From positions 68,156-132,155 of the forward strand of contig CAYPYS010000003.1 of the NCBI GenBank assembly GCA_964415355.1: 64,000 bases of DNA, in the 5' to 3' direction. This document shows positions 56,133 to 64,000 of this stretch, piece by piece. Position numbers and translations under genes: made by a program. This DNA comes from an uncultured Planctomycetia bacterium (GTDB taxonomy: Bacteria > Omnitrophota > Gorgyraeia > Gorgyraeales > Gorgyraeaceae). Below the pieces are notes generated by a model, which saw only the letters and a list, made by a program, of their open reading frames with translations, did no database searches and was not told the origin of the DNA. Positions within the stretch are counted from its first letter, which is position 1. Each line of letters opens with the position of its first letter.

Positions 56133-57227
56133 TTAATTTTTTGCAAATATATGCCTGGTCCTTAGGCATACCCTGACGAGCATCAGCATTACTGGTACCT
56201 CTATGAGTACCCCTACTACTGTTGCAAGGGATGCGCCTGAAGACAAGCCAAATAGGACCGTGGATGTGGCAATGGCAACCTCGAAATGATTACTAGCTCC
56301 GATCAATGCAGACGGAGCAGCATCCCTGTAGGAAAGTTTCAGCCATCTTGCCATTGCATAGGTCAGTCCGAATATAAGGCAGGTCTGTATAAAAAGCGGG
56401 ATCGCGATCAAAACTATTGTCTGGGGTTGATTTATGATCAATTCGCCTTTAAATGAAAATAAAAGCACGAGTGTAATAAGTAAAGCGCAAATCGACACTG
56501 GAGTCAGATAATGAAGGAATTTCTCTTCAAACCATCTGAAGCCTTTTCTGGCAATAATACATCTCCGCGTGTGATAGCCTAGAAAAAGCGGCATGCCCAC
56601 ATACATTACAACTGATAGCACAATGGTCTGCCATGGGATAGGCATCTTGTTCACACCCAATAGCCATCCTCCTAACGGCGCATAGAGAAAGAGCATGGCC
56701 AAAGAATTTACAGCCACCATGACAAGCGTATGGCCGTCATTGCCCTTGGACAGATGCCCCCAGATAAGCACCATTGCAGTGCACGGCGCAATGCCCAACA
56801 GTATACACCCAGAAATATAAGAACGGTATAACTCTACCTCTTGTCCTCCTCTAACGATTTCAAAACCAGGGAGCATTTTCTTAAAAAACACGCCTAAAAA
56901 TAAACTGGATATGGCCAACATGGTAAATGGCTTAATGCACCAGTTGACAAACAATGTAAGCGCTACTGGCTTGGGCGCTTTACCTGCCTTTATGACTTCT
57001 CTAAAATCAATCTTCACCATGATAGGATACATCATGAAGAAAAGACATATTGCTATAGGTATAGAGACCTGGTAGATGGAGATTCTATCTAAGGTGAGTG
57101 CAACTTGCGGGAACAACTTCCCGAGTAATATCCCTATGCCAATGCAAGCAATCACCCATACCGTGAGATATTTCTCAAAAAAACTCAAGCGTCGCTCTTC
57201 ATGCATAATTGCAGTTTTATTTCTCAT
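56133..57227 (-). CDS. arsenite efflux permease ACR3
   Basis: Acr3 family polytopic protein; flanked by repeat copies. Confidence 0.75.
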   Translation of the reverse strand: MRNKTAIMHEERRLSFFEKYLTVWVIACIGIGILLGKLFPQVALTLDRISIYQVSIPIAICLFFMMYPIMVKIDFREVIKAGKAPKPVALTLFVNWCIKPFTMLAISSLFLGVFFKKMLPGFEIVRGGQEVELYRSYISGCILLGIAPCTAMVLIWGHLSKGNDGHTLVMVAVNSLAMLFLYAPLGGWLLGVNKMPIPWQTIVLSVVMYVGMPLFLGYHTRRCIIARKGFRWFEEKFLHYLTPVSICALLITLVLLFSFKGELIINQPQTIVLIAIPLFIQTCLIFGLTYAMARWLKLSYRDAAPSALIGASNHFEVAIATSTVLFGLSSGASLATVVGVLIEVPVMLMLVRVCLRTRHIFAKN

Positions 57228-57287
57228 GTCTTAAATTCTATAATATTATCTAAGCGAAGTCGAGAAGAATATCATAAGGACGCGAGG

Positions 57288-57328
57288 CTTAAGTATACAC
57301 TTTAACATTGTTGAAATGTATACTTAAG
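57288..57328. repeat. element copy 28 (GTATAC subfamily)
   Basis: cttaagtatacactttaacattgttgaaatgtatacttaag. Confidence 0.85.
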
Positions 57329-58028
57329 CAATTGTCTTCAGGAAGGTTTCTTTGCCGATTTCCTCGATTAATAAAGCGAGGCGTTGGCGGGGTTTGGCGT
57401 GCTGTTTATAGAAAGAAACGACTTTTTTGATCAAAGAGATTGCTTCCTCCTCTGTCAAAACTCTATCTAGCTTAAAACCAACTCTGGGAGTTCGACCGCC
57501 GCAGCCACCTATATATACTGCATAGCCAATTCTTTTTTCAGGATGCGATACATCCACTGCGCCATGTAGGCCTATCTCAGACACCTGTACTCTCGTACAG
57601 GCATTTGGGCAGCCAGATATCACGATCTTAAACTTATGGGGAAGATCCATAGCGCATTTTATGCCGGCATTTTCAATTTTCTCAAAAAGCGAGAACGTAT
57701 TCACAAGTCCCCGTTTGCACCAGTTATCCCCAGGGCATGCTGTTGTAGCTCTTAAGCGCGGCCCTGACGTCCCTGTTTCTATACCAGCGCTGCGAAGCTC
57801 CTTCTCCACGACATCGATAACTTCATATCTTATAAACGGGACCTCTATCCCCTGGCGCACAGTAATATGTGTAATACTACGTCCGTATTTTTTGGCAATA
57901 TCTGCAAGTTTTTCAAGATGTGAGTCTCCGTAATTACCTGCTGACATGCGCGTACGCAAAGTAAATAGCCCATCCTCTTTGGAACGCAAGAACCCACGTT
58001 TTTTCAATGCGTCATAATCTATGCTCAT
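57324..58028 (-). CDS. small assimilatory-type sulfite/nitrite reductase (siroheme-4Fe-4S)
   Basis: CPGDNWC (Cx5C) ... CPNAC (Cx3C) coupling-cysteine pattern; 234 aa like low-MW alSiR. Confidence 0.55.
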   Translation of the reverse strand: MSIDYDALKKRGFLRSKEDGLFTLRTRMSAGNYGDSHLEKLADIAKKYGRSITHITVRQGIEVPFIRYEVIDVVEKELRSAGIETGTSGPRLRATTACPGDNWCKRGLVNTFSLFEKIENAGIKCAMDLPHKFKIVISGCPNACTRVQVSEIGLHGAVDVSHPEKRIGYAVYIGGCGGRTPRVGFKLDRVLTEEEAISLIKKVVSFYKQHAKPRQRLALLIEEIGKETFLKTIA

Positions 58029-59164
58029 AAACCCCTCAGAACCTTTCTTATTATACCAATGGTTTTATCAATATCTTTCTCTGTATGACTGAAAGATAAG
58101 AAATTTACCTCGTTCTCTGATGGTGCAAGATAAATACCTTTCTTAAGAAGTCTTTTATAAAAAGATCGAAACTGTGACTTTTTTCGAAATCTCAAGCTGA
58201 ATATTGTCTTATAATGTATAACATCTAAATCATCCCTTTCTTCCCTAATAGCCTCCACTAGTTTCTTTGTTTTCTTTTCTAAAGAACTGTATCTATTTTT
58301 CAAAGACGATAAAGCCTTGAGCGTTTCTATGCCTGACTGCATCACTATGGGATTTCCTGCAAATGTCGAGCCCTGATAAAGATCTCCTAATGGAGCAAGC
58401 TTATCCATGACAGCCGCGTTCCCGCCATATGCCCCTATCGGCAAACCTCCTCCTATTATTTTCCCAAGACAGATCAAATCAGGTCGAACCCCAACTATAT
58501 CTGAGACTGAACCAAATTTAAACCTGAATCCTGTTATTACCTCGTCAAAGATCAGAAGCGCACCATATCTCCTGGTCAGTTTTCTCAAAGACTTTAAAAA
58601 ATCCTTATCAGGCAAGACCACGCCATGATTCCCGCCAACTGGCTCCACTATTACTGCTGCGATATTTTTCCCATGTTCTTTAAAAACCTTCTCTACCGAG
58701 TCTTTGCTTGTCTCTTCTAAAAGATAATCAGCGTGGCCATGATATGAATTTTTAAATTTTAAAATCTTCTTTTTCCCTGTATATTCTCTTGCAAGACGAG
58801 TCGCGCCTAACACTGTCTCAGTGCCGGAATTTACAAATCTGACCTTTTTAATCACAGGAATTGCCTTTTTAATCAAACCAGCTAATTCTATTTCTTTCGA
58901 GTTAGTAGCGCCAAAGCTAGAACCATCTCTAAGTGCCAAACTTACACTTTTTACTACTCGAGGATATGCATGGCCCAGGATCAAAGCGCCATATGAAAGC
59001 GCATAGTCGATATAAGCGCTTCCATCATAGTCGAAAACCTTAGACCCTTTTCCTTTTTTTATCAATAAAGGCTTGATCCCGACGTATTTAAATGAACGCA
59101 CAGGGCTATTTACTCCGCCCACTAAATGCTCTTTTGCTTTTTTAAAAAGTAAATTACTTTTCAT
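58025..59164 (-). CDS. hemL: glutamate-1-semialdehyde 2,1-aminomutase
   Basis: PLP aminotransferase class III. Confidence 0.9.
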   Translation of the reverse strand: MKSNLLFKKAKEHLVGGVNSPVRSFKYVGIKPLLIKKGKGSKVFDYDGSAYIDYALSYGALILGHAYPRVVKSVSLALRDGSSFGATNSKEIELAGLIKKAIPVIKKVRFVNSGTETVLGATRLAREYTGKKKILKFKNSYHGHADYLLEETSKDSVEKVFKEHGKNIAAVIVEPVGGNHGVVLPDKDFLKSLRKLTRRYGALLIFDEVITGFRFKFGSVSDIVGVRPDLICLGKIIGGGLPIGAYGGNAAVMDKLAPLGDLYQGSTFAGNPIVMQSGIETLKALSSLKNRYSSLEKKTKKLVEAIREERDDLDVIHYKTIFSLRFRKKSQFRSFYKRLLKKGIYLAPSENEVNFLSFSHTEKDIDKTIGIIRKVLRGL

Positions 59165-60075
59165 CGGTTATCCAACCATTTTGCTATGTCTTTTGCGTGA
59201 TACGTAATGATATAATCTGCGCCTGCGCGTTTAATAGACGAAAGGATCTCAAACACCATATCTTTTTCACGCCAGCTATTGTTATTAGCACCATTTTTCA
59301 CCATGCTATACTCGCCGCTAACATTATAAACAGCGAGCGGATGCCTGAATTTTCGCCTTGCTTCCTTGATAATATCCAGATAACTCAAGCCCGGTTTTAC
59401 CATTACAACATCTGCGCCTTCTTTTATGTCTTCCTCTATTTCTTTAAGCGCATCTTCTCTGCTTGTAAAATCAAGCTGATAAGCTCTCCTATTACCAAAC
59501 TTAGGACTAGAATCCGCTATATCCCTGAAAGGGCCATAAAAATTAGATGCAAATTTTGCCGAATAACTTAATATCTTCGTCCTTTTGTATCCATTTCTAT
59601 CCAATGTATTTCTTATTGCCCTTACCTGGTTTTCCAACATTGCAGAAGGCGCTACATAGTCTGCGCCTGATGCTGCATGAGAAAGCGCCATACGAGAAAG
59701 CGCCTTTAAACTAGAAGGGTTATCTATTTTCTTTTTCCCATTTTTTATAATGCCGCAGTGACCGTGTGATGTATAAGCACATAGACATACATCAGTAATT
59801 ACTGTGATTTCAGGAAAAGACTTTTTGAGTAAGCTTACTGCTTCTGCTACGATATTCTTTTTCTCGTAGGCAGCGCTGCCGCGCGCGTCTTTTTTGTCCG
59901 GGATGCCGAAAAGTAACACCTTTGTAATACCTAGTCTCTGTAAGTAGAGCACTTCGTCCAGCAGCATGTCAGGAGAAAATCTATGGACCCCTGGCATGGA
60001 AGAAATCTCCTCGCGCACATATTCTCCTTTTTTTACAAATAATGGGTAGATCAAGGTATCAAGCTCAATATTCAT
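59161..60075 (-). CDS. hemB: porphobilinogen synthase
   Basis: 304 aa; active-site Lys region SGEYSM. Confidence 0.9.
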   Translation of the reverse strand: MNIELDTLIYPLFVKKGEYVREEISSMPGVHRFSPDMLLDEVLYLQRLGITKVLLFGIPDKKDARGSAAYEKKNIVAEAVSLLKKSFPEITVITDVCLCAYTSHGHCGIIKNGKKKIDNPSSLKALSRMALSHAASGADYVAPSAMLENQVRAIRNTLDRNGYKRTKILSYSAKFASNFYGPFRDIADSSPKFGNRRAYQLDFTSREDALKEIEEDIKEGADVVMVKPGLSYLDIIKEARRKFRHPLAVYNVSGEYSMVKNGANNNSWREKDMVFEILSSIKRAGADYIITYHAKDIAKWLDNR

Positions 60076-60098
60076 GTTCTCCCTCTCTCTTCTTCCCG

Positions 60099-60135
60099 TA
60101 ACTTTACACTTTAACGTTGTTGAAATGTAAAGTTA
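60099..60135. repeat. element copy 29; encodes cobA C-terminal 9 aa
   Basis: taactttacactttaacgttgttgaaatgtaaagtta. Confidence 0.9.
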
Positions 60136-60835
60136 GAGTCTCTCCTACTATTAATACTGCCGGGGGTTTGATATTGGACCTTTTTGCCTCTTCTTCTATC
60201 GTTGCGATAGTGCCGCGTATGATCCGTGAATCTTTTTGCGTCGCCTTTTCTATAAATGCGCAGGGCGTAGTTTCTTTTCTTTTGCTCCTACGCAATGCCT
60301 TTACTATATTCTTTATGTTTTTGACCCCCATTAAATAAACGAGTGTTTGGCAGTCAGGCGCGTCTATATCAGCGTTTATGTCTTTTTTGCGACCCGTGAG
60401 TATCGCGACCGAAGAGACCCTGTTTTTTATAGTCAGGGGTATACCGTGACTCTCAGGGCCTGCAATAGCTGAAGTTATACCAGGGATTACTTCAAATTCT
60501 ATACCTTTATCAGCAAGGAATCTCGCCTCTTCATATCCGCGGCTAAATATAAAAGGATCGCCTCCTTTAAGCCGCACGACGTTTTTATAAATAAGGGATT
60601 TTTCATAAAGCAATTTATTTATCTCGTCCTGCTCCTTAAGATGCAGTCCATCTTTTTTTCCAACACAGACCTTTTTGCAAGATACCTTTGTATATTTCAA
60701 GAGCCCAGGGCTAGACAGGAAATCATAAAGCACGCAGTCTGCTTTTTTAAGCGCCTTAAGACCTTTTACGCTAATAAGTTCGGGATCGCCCGGACCTGCT
60801 CCGACAATGTATGCTTTATGCTGTTTCTTTTTCAT
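60104..60835 (-). CDS. cobA: uroporphyrinogen-III C-methyltransferase; last 9 residues encoded by repeat copy
   Basis: VGAGPGDPELISVKG; C-terminus TLHFNNVKV derives from element 60099..60135. Confidence 0.85.
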   Translation of the reverse strand: MKKKQHKAYIVGAGPGDPELISVKGLKALKKADCVLYDFLSSPGLLKYTKVSCKKVCVGKKDGLHLKEQDEINKLLYEKSLIYKNVVRLKGGDPFIFSRGYEEARFLADKGIEFEVIPGITSAIAGPESHGIPLTIKNRVSSVAILTGRKKDINADIDAPDCQTLVYLMGVKNIKNIVKALRRSKRKETTPCAFIEKATQKDSRIIRGTIATIEEEAKRSNIKPPAVLIVGETLTLHFNNVKV

Positions 60836-61478
60836 CTATTCTCCTAAAAATCCCGACAAGATCTTTTCTATCTTTTCTAACCTGCGCTGCAAGCCTTCCC
60901 TGTAGAGGATGAGGTTGTATAACATCCAAAGGTATAATCTGACTTATCCTGTTTTCATATCCCAATCTAAGTAATGCTGCGTGCGCTATAATGACAGCAT
61001 CAAAATAACCCTTGTCTAGCTGTGCTAATCTCTCGTCTATATTCCCTCGTATGTCTAATGTGACCAAATCGCTGCGATAACACGAAACCCAGGACTTACG
61101 ATTTTCGCTACTTGTCCCCACTATTGAACCTGTAGGCAATGTATCAAGTGTAAAATTTCCCCTGGAGACAAGACAATCATATCTTGAGATTGATTTTGTC
61201 ATTGCTGCGATAGTCAAATCCCTGGGCATATTTTCTTCCAGATCCTTTGCGCTATGCACAGCTACATCTATATGTCTATCCAGGAGCGCCCTTTCTATCT
61301 CGTAGGTGAAAAAATCCGTGTTCTCTTCTAATCTAAGAGCTCTGGTCTTATCCTTATCGCCTTTTGTCTCGATAGGTATAACATCAAATTTTAATTCCGG
61401 CAGGAGTCGCTGTATCTCTTTAACCTGTTTCAATGCTAATAAGCTCGGACGCGCCCCTACCTTTATATGAGTCTTCAT
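60816..61478 (-). CDS. hemC: hydroxymethylbilane synthase lacking C-terminal cofactor domain (possible pseudogene)
   Basis: Domains 1-2 align with HemC; ORF stops where domain 3 (cofactor Cys) should begin. Confidence 0.55.
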   Translation of the reverse strand: MKTHIKVGARPSLLALKQVKEIQRLLPELKFDVIPIETKGDKDKTRALRLEENTDFFTYEIERALLDRHIDVAVHSAKDLEENMPRDLTIAAMTKSISRYDCLVSRGNFTLDTLPTGSIVGTSSENRKSWVSCYRSDLVTLDIRGNIDERLAQLDKGYFDAVIIAHAALLRLGYENRISQIIPLDVIQPHPLQGRLAAQVRKDRKDLVGIFRRIDEKETA

Positions 61479-62430
61479 ATCGTCCCTCCAATAACTCTGC
61501 GCTATGCTGGCGTATTAAAGATTCTGCGCTCTTAATATTTTCTTCTAAGGTCTTAGCGTATCCTCTAAACAACTGATCTAAATCATCAAGATTTTTCAGC
61601 GAGATGCCTGATATATTTTGCACAGCTGGCTCAATGTCTCTTGGCATTGCTAAATCATAGAGATCCAAAGGCTCAATTCGTTTCTCAGTAATATCCACAA
61701 AATGTTCTTTCTTTAGCACATAATGCGGACTCGATGTAGCGCTTATCACTGCGTCGGCACGCAAAAGTAATTCTCTTAAATCGTCTAATAAAACTGCTTT
61801 CCCCTCAGACCACCTGGCAAGCTGTTTTGCTCTTTTGTGTTTTTTGCGCGCCACAAAATGTAGATTGATTCCGGCTGGTTTATTTTCAGAAAAAAGTCTG
61901 GCAATCTTACCTGTCCCGACTATGACTATATCTTTTTTTCTGCTCTCTATTAAACGCTTAAAAATAATTTCGGCAATATTGGAACTTTTTTCTTCTATGC
62001 CTGACCTAATCCTTATATCCTCCGCCCTTATTAAAACTTCTTTCCATATATTTCTCAATATCCATGGAAATGAGTATTCGTTAACCCATGAATCCAGCTG
62101 GGCCAACACCTCCTCTTCTCCTTTAACCTGTGATTCCAGGCCACATGAAAGCCGCAGCATATGTTCAATGACTCTTCTGGTCCCAAGTCTCACATAAGAT
62201 CTTTCAAATAGAGCAGAAAACCTCGAATAAAATAGATCTAGAATATCTGTTATCTGGAAAACATTTTCAGAGGCTCCATACAGTTCAATCCTGTTGCATG
62301 TAAAAAGCACTGCCTTTTCCTCTCCGGTATTTTTCCAGAAATCTACGATCTCATTGCGCGCCTTATGTACGGATTCACGTATTGATATAGGTGCACTTTT
62401 ATAATCTATTCCTATAAGATACAAAACCAT
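61420..62430 (-). CDS. hemA: glutamyl-tRNA reductase (short form)
   Basis: MVLYLIGIDYKSAPISIRE; 336 aa, C-terminal dimerisation region reduced. Confidence 0.75.
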   Translation of the reverse strand: MVLYLIGIDYKSAPISIRESVHKARNEIVDFWKNTGEEKAVLFTCNRIELYGASENVFQITDILDLFYSRFSALFERSYVRLGTRRVIEHMLRLSCGLESQVKGEEEVLAQLDSWVNEYSFPWILRNIWKEVLIRAEDIRIRSGIEEKSSNIAEIIFKRLIESRKKDIVIVGTGKIARLFSENKPAGINLHFVARKKHKRAKQLARWSEGKAVLLDDLRELLLRADAVISATSSPHYVLKKEHFVDITEKRIEPLDLYDLAMPRDIEPAVQNISGISLKNLDDLDQLFRGYAKTLEENIKSAESLIRQHSAELLEGRYEDSYKGRGASELISIETG

Positions 62431-62872
62431 CCCAATGCTCCTTTAGGTAATTCTTCAGATCCCTGGATAGGACCGGGTCCTGACCATCCGTATACACTGC
62501 TATAAGCGCTTTTCTAAATCTCAAGAGCGCAGGCGATATAAAATCGCTGAGCTTTGAATTATCAACCACATTGACCGGTATCTGAAATTCATCAGCCCAT
62601 TTTTTTACAAATCTATTCACGTCTTTTCTGTCTGTTGCGCTCACGATAAGCGTAGCCTCACGCACGTCTGAACGCGCAACTGGCCTGGCAATCCACTTCA
62701 CAGTCCCGCTTTTGACCAAGCGTCTGATATTACGCGTTGCCCTGGGAGACACGATGTAGACTTCTGCGCCAGAGTCTAAAAGATTATAGACCTTGCGCTC
62801 TGCTACTTTGCCAGCACCCACTACAACTACACGCTTATCTTTCAGTTTTATTGCTATGGGTAGATATTTCAT
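62399..62872 (-). CDS. sirC: precorrin-2 dehydrogenase / sirohydrochlorin ferrochelatase-type (siroheme synthase N-domain)
   Basis: Start MKYLPIAIKL; VVVVGAGKVAERK Rossmann motif. Confidence 0.7.
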   Translation of the reverse strand: MKYLPIAIKLKDKRVVVVGAGKVAERKVYNLLDSGAEVYIVSPRATRNIRRLVKSGTVKWIARPVARSDVREATLIVSATDRKDVNRFVKKWADEFQIPVNVVDNSKLSDFISPALLRFRKALIAVYTDGQDPVLSRDLKNYLKEHWDGFVSYRNRL

Positions 62873-63579
62873 ACATTTGTCTTGAGCGGCCTTGTGTGGA
62901 TACCACACTCGCCGCCGCATTTACTGGTGCCGATCCAGCGCCCGGCACGTTCATTGTCGTCGTTTGTGATTTTAGTGCACGGCGCGCACCCAAGCGAGCG
63001 GTAACCCTCGGCATATAGAGGATTCACTTTCACGCCATAAAGCGCCAGATATTGCCAGACCTCTCTTTCCTTCCATATAAGAATAGGATTTAATTTTATA
63101 AGCCCCTTGTCGCGTTCTTCTATTTCTTTAAAGTCAGTGCGTGTACGGCCTTCTGTACAGCGAAGTCCTGTAACCCAGCACGTAACACTCATTTCTTCTA
63201 TCGCGCGCTTGACAGGCTCTACCTTTAATATATCGCAGCATCTGTCAGGTTCGGTTTTGTATAATTCATCCGGGATAGCCGCGTCGTTTTTATAGACTTT
63301 TGTCTCAGGGTACTCAGCTACAACTTCATTCATAAACCGGACTGTCTCTTTTGGCTTAAACCTGGTTGTCACTACAAAACCTCGGATCTTTGGGTTCACA
63401 CGCTTTGCCAGATCCCATACTGCGACAGAATCCTTTCCAAGGCTATTCGCCACTACCAAGCCGTCTCCGTATTTTTCATAGGCCTCCTTTATGAGCTGCA
63501 GCGAGCGGTTCACCTTTTGTTTAAAATTCAATGTCTCCACCAACACCTTCAAGTCTTCCTGAGTTTCTAGTAAACTCAT
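62869..63579 (-). CDS. cysH: phosphoadenosine phosphosulfate reductase family protein
   Basis: LVVANSLGKDSVAVWDLA PP-loop; C-terminal Cys pair. Confidence 0.7.
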   Translation of the reverse strand: MSLLETQEDLKVLVETLNFKQKVNRSLQLIKEAYEKYGDGLVVANSLGKDSVAVWDLAKRVNPKIRGFVVTTRFKPKETVRFMNEVVAEYPETKVYKNDAAIPDELYKTEPDRCCDILKVEPVKRAIEEMSVTCWVTGLRCTEGRTRTDFKEIEERDKGLIKLNPILIWKEREVWQYLALYGVKVNPLYAEGYRSLGCAPCTKITNDDNERAGRWIGTSKCGGECGIHTRPLKTNV

Positions 63580-63594
63580 ACTCCCTCCTCCTGG

Positions 63595-63816
63595 TTAGAT
63601 CTGGTACTCTGGGGTTCCTAGTCTTCCGTATTTTACCCTGTTCCAGATGCGTTCATGTGCATAATACAAAAAAATCTTTACAAGATTCGCGCTTATACCA
63701 ACGACAAGCGACTCTTTGATATCTTTACTGTAGATATAAATAGCTATGATAGTTACTAGAAATGCGATTATACGCCAGGTAAATGCCTTAAAAAGAGATC
63801 GTTTTGGATGTTCCAT
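63595..63816 (-). CDS. DUF2061-like small membrane protein
   Basis: 73 aa, two TM; AGGAGG RBS. Confidence 0.4.
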   Translation of the reverse strand: MEHPKRSLFKAFTWRIIAFLVTIIAIYIYSKDIKESLVVGISANLVKIFLYYAHERIWNRVKYGRLGTPEYQI

Positions 63817-63938
63817 TTTTCCTCCTGATATATTACTATTACAATAGGATTAGTCGTGATTAGATTAAAAAAATAAGGGGTTAGTGTTCTTATTTGTTTT
63901 AAATCTCTACTAATCTAATCATATTTATAATAATTAAA

Positions 63939-63966
63939 GTATACCACATAACAAAATCATGTCAAG
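63939..63966 (-). promoter_or_regulatory. promoter TTGACA-N16-TGgTATACT (extended -10) for the sulfur/siroheme operon
   Basis: Minus-strand reading ttgacatgattttgttatgtggtatact; followed by 11-bp inverted repeat tgattagatta/taatctaatca at ~63872..63930 in the leader. Confidence 0.45.
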
Positions 63967-63974
63967 CATTTTTT

Positions 63975-64000
63975 TAACTTTACATTTCAACAACGTTAAA
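63975..64000. repeat. element copy 30 (truncated by window end)
   Basis: taactttacatttcaacaacgttaaa. Confidence 0.8.

Noticed and set aside
468-64000. CRISPR array interpretation of the repeated 37-bp unit
   Set aside because: Copies are separated by whole genes (0.6-6 kb) rather than uniform 30-40 bp spacers. They occur in both orientations and are individually palindromic with subfamily variation. No cas genes are present.
1-64000. Transposase/IS, integrase, toxin-antitoxin or restriction-modification genes that might explain the repeats
   Set aside because: None of the ORFs of 60 aa or more shows transposase/integrase motifs. The only mobility trace is the tRNA-Thr att-like scar.

Overview
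This window is an AT-rich bacterial chromosomal segment of about 64 kb. All but one gene longer than 100 aa lies on the minus strand. Three short plus-strand genes (a Cys-rich 53-aa protein, an entericidin-like lipoprotein and a spermidine-synthase-like membrane protein) and four minus-strand tRNAs are the only other features.

Recognisable content, from high to low coordinates in the direction of transcription:
- a sulfate-assimilation and siroheme/heme cluster (PAPS reductase, sirC, hemA, hemC, cobA, hemB, hemL, small sulfite reductase)
- an ACR3 arsenite pump
- an operon led by a CsoR-family repressor that encodes an outer-membrane barrel, an FMN_bind-like protein, a lipoprotein and a MacB/FtsX-type ABC exporter
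- Rrf2, cysK, a DUF39 homocysteine-biosynthesis protein and Rex
- thyA-like, lgt, and an AmmeMemoRadiSam locus
- glmS and rsmI
- MscS, OtsA, OtsB and TreT (trehalose)
- a complete pyrR-BC-(PHP/EndoQ-like)-KDFE operon with a PyrR attenuator
- a Chlamydia-style V-type ATPase operon (E, hypothetical, A, B, D, I, K)
- a duplicated secreted cupin cluster, pdaD and apbE
- an rnfC-G-D-E-A-B operon, trxA and purN

The dominant unexplained signal is a 36-40 bp palindromic element (consensus about TAACTTTACAyTTyAAC-rwy-GTTrAArTGTAAAGTTA). It occurs in at least 31 copies, in both orientations, in roughly half of all intergenic gaps, including gaps inside operons. It carries TAA stops in all six frames and routinely supplies the stop codon, and sometimes the last 4-10 residues, of the upstream gene. 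Its subfamilies show compensatory arm substitutions (AACTTT/AAAGTT, AAGTTT/AAACTT, AAGTAT/ATACTT). No transposase or RAYT gene is present.

The second candidate system is the AmmeMemoRadiSam locus at 39.1-44.8 kb. It encodes a Memo+AMMECR1 fusion with a lipoprotein signal, a PFL-activase-like radical SAM enzyme, a NosR-like flavo-FeS membrane protein, lgt, a signal-peptide SagB-type dehydrogenase, and two small single-TM peptides that share a C-terminal EA(K/R)YY(R/K) motif.

Gene content suggests a PVC-like or candidate-phylum anaerobe. That is inference only.
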